A DNA stretch of 63,039 nucleotides from the NCBI GenBank assembly GCA_001687465.1, contig LVLI01000481.1, positions 1-63,039 on the forward strand, read 5' to 3'. The first letter of the stretch is position 1. Each line of letters begins with the position of its first letter. Under the pieces are notes generated by a model. That model was not told the DNA's origin, did not search any database, and worked only from the letters and a program-made list of their open reading frames with translations. A program made the position numbers and the translations under genes. Of this stretch, positions 23,014 to 34,325 are shown one piece after another. This DNA comes from Halocafeteria seosinensis (Eukaryota).

Positions 23014-23625
23014 TCAAGGCCTTGGAATCCGGAGCACTTCCGTTACGAGATTACACTGGAAACTGACCAAACGGTCATCTGTACCAAATATCACCAGAAT
23101 TGTGTGTCCAGAGTCATCCGAATCCCAGTATGTCCGTATCAAGTGGCTATTCTCTTTAGGCAATATTTGTCTGTGCGTGTTTTCGACGAAGCGGCTGGCA
23201 AACATTGGATCCTCAAACAACTTTGATGATTTTGTAGGTTCCCTTCCATAACCAACTTTCCCCAAGAGAACATGGTCGCAGCATTGCCTCCAAGCAATGA
23301 AATCCACTGATTCACTATCTGGTCCACCATTTTGTCTGACGGTTAGACCCCTTGTCTTCAGCCATCGAATGACCTTGTGTTTTGGAGAAGCTTCCTCCGG
23401 TAGCCGCATATCTTGGAGCTGCACAGCGAATGCATCCTTCTGTGCCATTGGTCGAATTTCCCTCGTAACATCCATCTTTTCTGGACGATGTTCGTCCTCC
23501 GTCACTGGGGAAGTGCTTTTTCTTTTCCGGAAAAGTGTATTGGAAGCCTCGTATGAATCAAGTAATGATGGATGCAAGGCACGATGTGGAAGTTGTTTTA
23601 CCCGACATTGAAGATAAACGGGCAA
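23014..23625 (-). CDS. Hypothetical protein, weak resemblance to the tRNA-splicing endonuclease subunit fold; 5' end uncertain
   Basis: 203-codon open frame. HKVIRWLKTRGLTVR…DFIAW…DHVLLGKV and C-terminal ILVIFGTDDRLVSF. Confidence 0.45.
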   Translation of the reverse strand: MPVYLQCRVKQLPHRALHPSLLDSYEASNTLFRKRKSTSPVTEDEHRPEKMDVTREIRPMAQKDAFAVQLQDMRLPEEASPKHKVIRWLKTRGLTVRQNGGPDSESVDFIAWRQCCDHVLLGKVGYGREPTKSSKLFEDPMFASRFVENTHRQILPKENSHLIRTYWDSDDSGHTILVIFGTDDRLVSFQCNLVTEVLRIPRP

Positions 23626-24159
23626 GGTAACAGCACAGCAATTAAACTACTGACTTTTGGTAGCAGTATGACCTGCTATAAAGAAAATACTCGTCTACGA
23701 AATAAAACATCTGTGCGGGTGAAACGTAGAAGACTTCTGCTGTGGAAGTGAGAAGTTGAGTACAGCTTGAACTTCCTGAGTGGAAAAATTCAATCAGGTG
23801 AGGGATGTGTACTGTACACTGTTAAGGAGACTTCCGTGCATCTCTGTGTGATGCACAGTTCCAAAGCGAGAAAAATACCGCAACTTCGATGAAGTCGTTA
23901 TAATTCAAATTCCCGCATCATGTGCGACCCAAGCAGCGAGGTTGGGCGTGTCGCTCATCCCCAAGCACTTGTAAGTGTTGCTCATCGATTGTACGTACAA
24001 TATTCGGTTCATAGGATCTCTTTAGAGTACAAGTAGGAGTGTGGGTGTTGTAAGCTGTTGAATGAAGAGTACTCATGAGAAAGAAAATTCGTCTAGCTTA
24101 ACACCACGAGACGCTATTCATCCCTATTGTTGGCTCCATCAACGACTTCTCCTGTAGAC

Positions 24160-25032
24160 ATGAATGATCTGATGGGTGCATCTTCCTCCTCCTTGCCTTA
24201 TTCTGGTGCTATTGCAGCGTCGGCTGCTGCATCGACGGCTGGGGCAGCGGCACAAGACCCGAACGCCTTCTGCCGGCAAAGACTCCGTCAGGAGAGGAAG
24301 CAATGGAAACGGGACCATCCTGTTGGATTTGTGGCGAAGCCGCGCAGTAAACCAGACGGCTCTGTGGACCTAATGACTTGGGATTGCAAAATTCCAGGAA
24401 AGCAAAACGTAGGGATCTGAACTTGGCGCATCATGATGGGCACTTTCGGCAGCAGTAACATGTACTCTACGTTCTGGTTCAATATGCAGACGCCGTGGGA
24501 AGGCGCATCATATGCCTTAGTGATGATGTTTAGCGAAGAATTTCCCGCTGTTCCCCCAAAGTGTATGTTACCTTAATGATGGTGCGATGCCTCCTTTGCA
24601 ACCATCGCGCTTGTTCCCTCGATGGACGTTGCAGGTTCGTTTACGCCTGTTATATTTCACCCCAATATTTACCCATGTGGAAAAGTATGTTTGAGTATTC
24701 TCGACAGCTGGGGGTGGAGCCCAAGCTTAAATGTCAAATCTGTATGTCGCCTCTATGGTGTGCTCCTCGGACCCTGCTTCGTAAGTCTGGAATTTGTCTT
24801 GACTCAGATACTAGAGGGAATTCAAGAGCTTCTCGACAACCCTAACCTACGAGACCCGGCGCAAAGTGAATCTTATTCCTTGTGCATGTAAGTAAACTGA
24901 TAGCAAATCTGGTTTTGAATCATTTGTAGCGTGTATATTGTGAATATTTTGAGGATCAGGTACAACCCTTCAAAGTACAAGAAAGAAATTCAAAGGCGTG
25001 AGGTGGAGCCACGAAAAAAGGGGTTCAAATAG
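24160..25032 (+). CDS. UBC9: SUMO-conjugating enzyme E2, paralog 3 (5 exons)
   Basis: [57 protein letters not shown] at 25030-25032. Confidence 0.9.
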
Positions 25033-25480
25033 GAGATGTTTAGGCTAGTTACGCTTGCTCTCTCCGTGAGATGCATTGCAATGCTACAACTTGAGTTGAC
25101 AACTATACAGCTCCAGGTTTCCAATCTAAAATACAATATATGGTTGTACCAGTAGGTAGTACCCGTAGCCTCCCCCGCCGAACGCTTCGCTGGGAAGAAT
25201 TTTGATTATTTAGCTTTCTGCATTTGACGAGCACCGGTTATCCCAGCTTCCCACAAGTCGAGTTTACTCAGTTTTTTCTCAGATGAGTTCCACCATTGTC
25301 AAGTGTTCCTGACTCCTGCACCGTGCTTCCGCAAGTTCACAAGTCCTTTAGCAATCTAGCAAGGTAACCAGAGCTTATTTCTCGCTTGGGTTGTCCGACG
25401 ACGTATATCTCACTATCTCTGTGAATGCATGTTCAATCGATAGATCAAAAGAAAGAAATCCCCCAACAGAAAAGAGTGTC

Positions 25481-25935
25481 ATGTGCTCTCGAGGCGTATG
25501 GCAATTGGAGCACTTACTCGTGCGCTATTGTAAGCACAGTGGAAGTAGTCAAGGCATCAGGTATGAAATAAATTGTATAACTACCTGGGAAACTTACCGT
25601 ACTTCAATATATGTCTTTGTTGGGGTGTATGCAGGCAATATATAGGAAATGGATTGGTGGAGTTTGCTCGGGAGAACCCTCAAGTGAAGATAGAGACCGA
25701 AAATGCCTCCAATAAACATCCACTGGTCAAGGGACAATACGTCAATGGGAGAACGAAAGCTATTGAAGTCAAGAACAAAAACTCAAAGGATATTGCTAGG
25801 CAAGTACAGTACCTGCGAGACAGTAGTGGTAGGAAGTTACGGCACGTGACATACCGAGTGTCGTCTAAACACCCGTCGATACAAGGAGTATGGGATACAT
25901 CGACAACATTCGACAACTTTCAACTGCGATCGTAG
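25481..25935 (+). CDS. MRPL43: Mitochondrial ribosomal protein mL43, 2 exons
   Basis: MCSRGVWQL..L.VRYCKHSGSSQGIR, FARENP, HP…Y.NG, PSIQGVW. Confidence 0.88.
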
Positions 25936-26071
25936 GAAGGGAGAGAGACTAGTTACATAAAGATATACATACTTCCTTCCTCCGAGAGTTTGTGCGTCGC
26001 CGTGGGGGCCTCGATAAAGGTGGAGTCGGTATATTACCCGGCTGGCGAGTTTGAACATAAGCTCAATACGC

Positions 26072-27072
26072 TTATTTTGCGAGAACAACTATCAATGCTA
26101 CAATAGCAGCAAACAATAAAATCATGATAACTATTAACACGGCCTTGTGTACTACAGCTCGACACTTCATCCGGCGTAATATAGCACCCCCTGCCCTGGC
26201 TATTACAGTCGTATGCTGAACCCGCTCTCGCATTGCTTCTAACTGTTTACCTTGGTCGTGTATTGTTTCTAATCCTTCCGAACCTGCCAAGTAATAAAAG
26301 AGAATACTGTCAAAGACGTATCAACTAGTCTTCATGCCATAACACTGAACGCACCCATCTGTTGCGATTCAACTAGTTGTTGCTGCGCCCTTTGTAGAGA
26401 TGACGTTCCTTTATCTATTTTTTGCTGGGTCTGAAGAAGTTGGTTATGCTGCTGTGTATATTTTTGCTGCGAACCAGAATTTCATTCAGAGGATGAGTCC
26501 TTTTCGAGATGCAACCTTCAGACATGAGGGGTAGCCACTTACTTGATCCCTGTGCGGTCCTGAACCACTATTTTCAGAGGCCAATAACTCTTGTCGCTCG
26601 TTTCGTTCCATTTCACGTTTTAATGTTTGCTTTTGCTCATCTAAGTCTGCCTTATACTGTCTTAATTTCTGGGCCGCATTTCGTTTGTCACGAGGTATCA
26701 TGTTGTCTTTCGCCTTGGACATTTTTTGAAGCTGCACGGGGGTAGTTTCAACAGATAAGCACTCCAACTCTACTTCTACTCATGGTCCAGCTCTCTCATT
26801 ATACACGTGCGTACCTCTTGTTCAGCTCGTTGCGCATACACTTGCGCTTGTCGGTGGTGCTGTCCCCGTTCCTCTGCAAACCGAGAATCACCCAATCATT
26901 ATGAATTCGTGTTCGCTGTGTGGGCTGATGCCAATAGACGAATGTATACATGCATCCACTTACGTGCTTTAGTGCATACTCGTATTTCTGATATGGATTC
27001 ACTAAGATTTCGTGCTTCATGGGAGAAGGCGCTCTCCGCCTCCTCGAATTCAGATTGCGCTGTTCCACTCAT
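26072..27072 (-). CDS. Vti1-like Qb-SNARE, multi-exon
   Basis: Helical N-domain (KLRQYKADL…ERQELL), SNARE helix (SLQRAQQQLVESQQMG…DQGKQL…ILRRM), C-terminal transmembrane anchor. Confidence 0.75.
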
Positions 27073-27361
27073 TTCCCTCTCGTTCACAACATCAGTTTGA
27101 CATATTATATCATCTGACATCGACTTCACATACATGCACAACCATACATACGGACATACAACACATCACAGGAGTGTATGAATGAATGAACTCATAAAGG
27201 TGTGAGAAAAGATTGTCTCTTTGGGCAGGAACTGCAAGATACCATACCATCTAGTTAGTGTGCACCTCTTGCATACGAGCTTCGATCGATAGATTGGTTG
27301 GATTTTGACCATCAGTGGTGCTGTATAGTGTCCAGAAGAAGAAGAGGGTATCGATAGTGGT

Positions 27362-29928
27362 ATGGCGGCTTCGTCGTCTTCTGCTTCCTCCTCGGCGGTG
27401 ACCGAGGAGAGTAATGTCATAGAACCCCAGGAGAAAGAGAGGCTGCAAGAGGTCCTAGCACAGCGTCAATTCAATTGGGTAAGACACGGAAAGTTCCAAT
27501 GAGTCTGCTCCCGCGAGACACACTGTTTGCACATTGCAGATTTGCTCCTTGGATGAGGCGTACATTGATTCATTCTTTGCCATGCTGGAAGCGGCTGGAC
27601 GAGATGGGAAGAGATTAATACAGTCCAGGTCCGAATTCATGCGAAGGTATATACAGTACAGATATGGGCTATTGCACCAAACCTTACTTCGTGGATTTCA
27701 AGAAGATTCGAAAGGTGAAGAGCAAGGACCGAGGCAATTCGACGCGGCGCGTTTGAAGAGGTTTGGTTTCGATCAAGACAGGAATCTCCAGGCTTTTTTC
27801 CGGCACCCTCCTTCGGATGATGCCAGCCCAAAGGAGGAACGGACAGACGCGCAAGAGCAGCAACAACCAGCGCGGCGTGTGGTGAACTCGTATCATGCAT
27901 GGAGGAAAATGCTGCTCTGGCAAAAATTCTATTCGTTTCGGGGTGAGGTCGAGGAAACCATTCTTCGTCGAATGGCGGCTGATGCGATGAATCGAGCGGT
28001 AAGTTATTGAATTTAGGTGCGTCCTGTTTACAGCAGACGAACATCTTACGTGGTGAGTATTGGTGGGTGCAGATGGTGGCTGAGAGAGAAGAACGGGAAC
28101 GTTACTACCAAATGAGTGACTCGGACTCGGACATGGAGAGCACATCTTCTGAGGAAGATGAGGAAGCTTCTGCACGGCGCCGGAATCTCCGAAAACATGC
28201 TGAGACGAGGTGGACGGTTCCCATTGGTATGACTGAATGGGCTATAATATCCACCATCTTGTCTGATAAACAGTCTTTACAACTGGTGATGAGTAGTAGA
28301 CGCAACGCGGAAAAAAGCCGAGTTCAGAGCACTCACGTTTCTTCAGGCGGATTTGGTACAGCAATTAAATTTGCCAATGGTTTTACGTCCAATAGTGGGC
28401 GCAAGAACAACGATCAGGCCTTACGCCCAGATGACCCCGGCGATAGAATCTTTGCATTCGGTTCCCACGATGGGTGCGTGGCCGTTGTTGATGCGCTTCG
28501 AAGTGCTGTTCTTTGTGCGGCATTGGGATTGGAAGGCAACGGACATACAGGCAGCGTCACATGCCTAGATTGGTCACCCGAAAATATGTATCTTGTATCT
28601 TCCAGCACGGACGCTACTTTGCGAATCTGGACCCCCTCCTTCGACTCGGTCTTTGACTCTAAGAAGCGAGCAAAAGTGCTGTCAACTGAACCGCTAAAGT
28701 GTATTCGCAAAGTAGACTGCAATGCGCCTGTCTCTCACTGCTTCTTTCTTTCGACAAATGCCAATGTGGTGATTTTCACTGAAAGTGGTTCGTCTCAATC
28801 TACCTCTTCTCAAGAGCGAACTTCTTCCCTACTCTCTTCTCCTTTGGCACGCTTTCGAGGAGGGCACTCTCGTCCTCCCTCCTCCATAGCAGCCCTTAAC
28901 GTGAGTACGGGTAAAATTATCCAGCGTGTACCGGCCAACGCTCCTGTTTGCGCGCTGTCGATGAATCACAACTCATCACAGCTCTTCGCCTCGGACGATA
29001 CGGGCAGAATCTTTTCACATTCCATTGCGATTGATCCTCAGTCTCAACTATCCAACCCCATTGGGGAACTGAAAAGGTTCATCCACGTGAGTGCCCCACT
29101 TAACTCCCCCTTGGCCTCAAGGGCATCACAGTCTCGCTTCAGTCTACGACAGAATCGTCACACAGTGCTGTCTACGCTCTCCTCGCCTGTAATCAGATTA
29201 TGCTACAAACCTTATGATACGAGTTTTCGCTGTCCAATCCTAGTTTGCGTGGATAAGACAGGAGAGGTTTTCGCGTTAAAGCTAAGCTCTACGGTGAACG
29301 CAATGCAGTCTTCTATGGCCCAGGTAGGCTCTCATCCCTCGTATTCCTTGAGGGAAACAGCACCGGCTCGAAGAAGCCGATCGAAGCCTCAGTTTCAAAG
29401 CGCTACGCGTATTATGGCGAAATTCGAACATTACTTGAAACCTCGAGTGAGATCAGTCGGCATGAAACTAAGTTTGTGGTAAGTATACGGGGTTAGGTTT
29501 TTTGCGATCCCTGCCCGAAGTTGTAAAAGTTTGCTTTTTTCTCTGTCCGCAGCTCCCCGTGCCGTCGTAGTGACTGTGTGGCGATCAGCACTTTTGGAAG
29601 GGATATTCAAATAATTGACCCGCATGCTAAGACGATTTCGATGACGTTTGTTGCCACGTTGCTCGGTCACTCAGGGACTGTTGTTCAGCAAGCCTGGAAC
29701 AACTCTGAGACTTGCCTTGTTACGGCCGACCAATCAGGACAGGTGGTGATATGGGGACAAAAAAGATCTACCGAGGCGCTTGGAATAGAAACAGCCACTC
29801 CAGAACTGTATGAAAGCGTGCAGCCTGAGCCAGCTGCCTCTCATTCTGTTCTCATATGTCCTAACTGCCAAAAGAAAATGAAAGAGAGCCAGATGTTGAC
29901 TCACATTGAGGAGTGCGTAAGTGGCTAG
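27362..29928 (+). CDS. WDR13-like WD40 protein with C-terminal UBZ-type zinc finger, multi-exon
   Basis: N-terminal F..RYIQYRYGLL, GHTGSVTCLDWS…SSSTDATLRIW, LLGHSGTV..AWNNSETCLVTADQSGQVVIW, tail CPNC…HIEEC. Confidence 0.75.
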
Positions 29929-29969
29929 GGTTAGCTGTCGAAAAGGAAAGGAGTGTACATTAGAGATGA

Positions 29970-31493
29970 TTAATAGGAAGGCAATGGGTCTTCGTGACCA
30001 GAAGATGAGGTGTGGGCTCTATCATGCTTCTCGGAGGCCCGCACCGTTGTGGCCGCTGTTGGGACGCCCCCATAAGCAAATATATGCCCCTCTACCAGTT
30101 GTAAGGCTTTCTTCTTACGCTCTTGCCAAGCTTCGTATTCCTTCGGGGATGCAAATGCCATGTGTCCTGCATCGATACGAAAATTGCTCAAGTTTCTCAT
30201 AGATAATCCCATTCCTGCCGCTGCGGCCTCGCCTGGCTCTCTGGCTTCTCCCTCAGGTCCCGAAACCACGCTAATTCGAGAGCGGGTTCGTATTTTGTGA
30301 CCAGAGGCTAAGAGTTTCCGCGGTGAACTCTCGCCAGCCTGCTTGTCTTCTTGGCTACTATCAGAGGCATCTGCAGATGGCTCATCGCCTTTATTGACGT
30401 TTCCGCCGACGCTACCGAACTCAATATCAACCGTCTGAACGCCGCTACGGTGGCTGGTGGACTCATGCCCACCGCCGAACACAGCATTTTCTCCCAATGG
30501 GGGTAATATTCTGACAAGTGAAGTGTTGATTACGCGGTAAGCAGCCTGAGAGTAAACTTGCCACTTATCCACGTTGCTCATGGTTTGCTCAGTCCGACCA
30601 CACGCGTTCAGAAGCTGCTGGTCACTCAGAACCCCCACCTGATGTAGAACACGAATTGCTGTCACAATAGAGTCTTCCTCAACAGCTCCTTCCTGAGCAA
30701 AGGCGACGCTTTTTAGCCAGCTTCTCGCGTCTTCTGTAGTGAGACCATAATGAGTACGTATCTCCTGAATAGCTGATACGGGATCTAATACAAATTCCTT
30801 CGAGCTCTGCCGTAATGTAGCCAGAAACCTGTTTATCAAATCCCGATTTTCCTTAGCCCAGTTCTTACGAGCTGCTACCATAAAGCATGGCCAGGGAGTT
30901 TGAATGCTGTCGATAAATCTGACTTCTCTTGCATCTACAAATGGCTTGGTTGTGAAATATTCCCACAAGAAAAACCCGGCTCCACCAGCGTGAACCGGCG
31001 TATTTACACTCTTGCGTAGCGTTCGGAAATCATTTTGTGTGGTAAAATCCAGCTTTTGTTTGTCCCAATGCTCGCGTTCAGCAAGAACAACTGACATCAA
31101 GTGACTTCCTGACCCCATCCGTGAGACAGCGATGGGAAGTCCTTGCAAATCCCGTAGGCGTTCATAGGGTTGATCGTATCCGACAATCACTCCCCACGTC
31201 AATGGCGTGGCAATGTACGGACTGATGATGGTGATTTCATCCTCCTCGGGGGACGACTTATCGGACATTCCTTGAAGAGCATGGTTCACAATGCCTTCCG
31301 TCAGGGCAAATGCGACATCAATATCGCCATTTCGAAGATCCTTCATCATTTGCCCAGTTCCCCCCGAGCAAGGGTACCACTGCACTTGCACGTCATTATC
31401 TCGGAAAAGCCCACTCTCTTTGGCACGATGGATGGGTCTGTTAAAATGTTCGGAAACACCTCCAACACGAATATCCACCCTCGATGAGCTCAT
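29970..31493 (-). CDS. Type-2 periplasmic-binding-fold protein (NMT1/THI5-related, Ca3427-like) with C-terminal extension, intronless
   Basis: VGGVSEHF..P, GGTGQM…L..G.ID.A..LTEG, PLTWG, VSRMGSGSHLM, FLWEYFTTKP, TPWPCF. Confidence 0.85.
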   Translation of the reverse strand: MSSSRVDIRVGGVSEHFNRPIHRAKESGLFRDNDVQVQWYPCSGGTGQMMKDLRNGDIDVAFALTEGIVNHALQGMSDKSSPEEDEITIISPYIATPLTWGVIVGYDQPYERLRDLQGLPIAVSRMGSGSHLMSVVLAEREHWDKQKLDFTTQNDFRTLRKSVNTPVHAGGAGFFLWEYFTTKPFVDAREVRFIDSIQTPWPCFMVAARKNWAKENRDLINRFLATLRQSSKEFVLDPVSAIQEIRTHYGLTTEDARSWLKSVAFAQEGAVEEDSIVTAIRVLHQVGVLSDQQLLNACGRTEQTMSNVDKWQVYSQAAYRVINTSLVRILPPLGENAVFGGGHESTSHRSGVQTVDIEFGSVGGNVNKGDEPSADASDSSQEDKQAGESSPRKLLASGHKIRTRSRISVVSGPEGEAREPGEAAAAGMGLSMRNLSNFRIDAGHMAFASPKEYEAWQERKKKALQLVEGHIFAYGGVPTAATTVRASEKHDRAHTSSSGHEDPLPSY

Positions 31494-31867
31494 TATCCTG
31501 TATTATGTAGTGTAGTCTCCTAAACCCTTCCAGATGGTTCAAACACCAAATTTAACCAAGCCAACTAACACGACCGCTGTCAAGAAGCAGGGACTCTTTC
31601 TAACCCATTCAACAGTGCAATGTACGAATCCCAGTCACTTATCGCTGACTGCACGCTTTGTTTAAACCGCATTCACTTAATCTCTGATGGTTGAAGTTTG
31701 CGCTTCAACTACGGCGTTTTCTACCCTACCCTATTATATAGGCTGCTCAGCAGACTCTATAGTATGGCGTGGCAGAAAAATCAGGAAACCATATGTTTGT
31801 TTTTTGTTTGCCATTTGAACTTTGGTAGTAGTGGGTGAAACTGACGATGGTGGGAGGAGAATTGGCA

Positions 31868-32668
31868 ATGAAACGATGCTCGCTAGGATGCCTCGTGGTG
31901 CTGGTATTGGCGGCCGAGAGTCTGGGCGTGAGAGCTCATGATTTCAGGTTTTCCAAGGTGGGTTCTCTACGTGGAGCACTACGAGATATCAGATCCTTGA
32001 GATGGTCCCCTCCGACGTACAATCAAACAGTGGTGGAAGCGTTCTGGAACAAGATCTTGCTCAACCCGATGCCTCCGCTCGAGAAGGACCCCTATCAAAT
32101 ACCGAATTTCAATACAACTTGGAATGACTCAGTATGTGCAGTGAAATACGCACAGGATAAGGTGACGGGTAAGGAAGATAGGCATCGATATTACCTGTAC
32201 ACGTATCGAAACCCGCAAGACGCTGTCAATGACAACGCTTACGTCACGCACTTACATCCATGTGGATACTGCTCAACAACGAAGGATTTGGCTATCTACA
32301 TGAACTACACTGACCTGACTAATCCGGTACGGATTTGTGGTGCTCTTGCTACCTTTTCGCAGCCTCTGGCAATGGAATGTCTGGAGAAGATTGGATTTAC
32401 GACGCAATGCTCGAAAATATGGATGTACGATGCCATAAACACCCGAAAAGAGTGCTGGCCACCGTGCATCAAAGATTGGATTGAAGGCGTGCCTAATAAT
32501 GTCCCCCCAAACTCTACCAATCTCAATCCCTGTTTGGAGTGCGATGAAACGAAGAGTGGCCCAATATTCAAGGTTGTTGCTGGGAGAACCCGAAGAGATT
32601 CGGGGCTTGAAAGCAGTATCAATCGCCCTCCCTCCTCTATCTATAACATTACTCACTATTATTATTAA
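31868..32668 (+). CDS. Secreted Cys-rich uncharacterised protein, intronless
   Basis: Signal peptide. TH..PCGYCST..DL..Y, C..IW..D..NTR..C...C, LNPCLECDE..SGP.FK..AGRTRR.SG. Several N-glycosylation sequons. Confidence 0.8.
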   Translation: MKRCSLGCLVVLVLAAESLGVRAHDFRFSKVGSLRGALRDIRSLRWSPPTYNQTVVEAFWNKILLNPMPPLEKDPYQIPNFNTTWNDSVCAVKYAQDKVTGKEDRHRYYLYTYRNPQDAVNDNAYVTHLHPCGYCSTTKDLAIYMNYTDLTNPVRICGALATFSQPLAMECLEKIGFTTQCSKIWMYDAINTRKECWPPCIKDWIEGVPNNVPPNSTNLNPCLECDETKSGPIFKVVAGRTRRDSGLESSINRPPSSIYNITHYYY

Positions 32669-34325
32669 GAGTACCAAATGAACTAACATATTAGCTTCAG
32701 TGAATTACTGTAGCATTGGTGATGGGCAATACCACAACTCCTTCTACATTAATAATGAAGCAGCTCTGCAGCTTCCGTAATTAATATGTATATCTATGTA
32801 TCTACGAAGACCATTAGCTACCGTACTCCCAACTTTAGTTCGGTTTGTGCATTATCTTCAACAGTCTTACAAGAAGGGGAAATAATCATGCTATTCAGTC
32901 TTCTGATTGAAAGGACCCAGAGACGTAAACTCTGACAAGACCTATAGTGTGTGTATTGGTAATGCTCCTTACAGTGAAGACACTGTCGTTGTTTTTCTAT
33001 CAATTGCTCCATCTTCGGTTTGACAGTTGAGTGCGTATTGTATTGCAGAGGTGTCTGCTACAGGTTACGCTAAGCCATGTGAGGGGTGAACCCTACCAGT
33101 TGAGGAAAAATGCAAGCCAAGCTACACCTCAGTCGTCAATTGAGAAAGTATTCACTAAATCTTGGACGGAGTGGCCCGATCACCTAGCCTCTAGTACTTC
33201 CAGTACTCTGTTGGTATGGTCCGTTCTCCCTCACCTTTGGTGATTTCATTCATTTTGATATTGATCTTCAGAGAGAATCGAGATCTTCCGAGAGACATAT
33301 GTAGTTACCTAAAGCGGGAACTTAAGCGTTCTAGAACACAACCCTCACGGTTTCGGTTCTAGATCTCTCCGATGGGGAATGGACGCATCGGGTCTGCCAA
33401 GAAAGGTTCCGCAATCGCAAACCATTACGAGATAACGTTTCACGCGTTCTGGAAGTCAACCTTTAGCTTGTAAAGACGGTTTCGGTTCTATGCGCCTTTT
33501 ATGGGGACTTCATTATTATAACCACTGTGCATCCCGTAATCATTCCCTAGCAACCGCAGGAGAAAGTAAATAGGTGTTAGTTGATGATCGTGAGGGTTGT
33601 TGTCCGCAAAACAAGCACCTGCTCCTTTGTTCGCATTCAAGGGGTCTGTAACTCTCAAATTTTTTGTCTGTATTGCGTTTGTGGTAAGTGTTTAGAGCGA
33701 GGGAAATAGTTCTGTTACTCCAGCGCTCTCGTTGAGTTCCCCAACCATTTTCTATGCTTACCAAGGCTGCATTTGCGGATGCGGGATAAGATGAAGGATT
33801 GGTAGATACGATTGCTTTGTTGGGAAGAATGGCGACTCAGTGAATGTGGCATGTGGAGTGCGTTAGTGGAGGATGGGAATTTTGGTAATTTGCGTTCAAA
33901 CCTCCCCTCGAGGAACCCCGGGAAAACCTTTTTTGTAATTCTATGGGAGAAAGCCAAACAATTTCACTGCTGCATGAATGGCTTAAGTCGGCTCATTTAT
34001 CAAAGTGGGGAGTGCACGGAAGTAGACAGAGATATATTTATTTGAAAATATGGAAGAAAGGGATGGCATTCGGTGTACTGGCAACGACATAAACCATAGA
34101 ATTCCTGAGGGAGAAAATGTGGACCCCGACCTTTTTTGCCCCCTGACGAAACGCCCTGCATGTCGACCGCATCATGTTGTGCTGGATCATTATACACGAA
34201 CGCTAATGGACGATTTGATATGCTTTGCAGGGTAGGCAGCTAGTTTTACCAGCCTCCAATATATCGTTTTCGTTTTATTTGTGGTTACTTGTCTTTTTTT
34301 TTTTGGGAAACACAACCGCTACAAA

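Noticed and set aside
34050..34235. VDPDLFCPLTKRP resembling the start of a U-box/RING, upstream of UAP56
   Set aside because: Only the first motif is present and the surrounding frames are stop-ridden. At best an unprovable relic.
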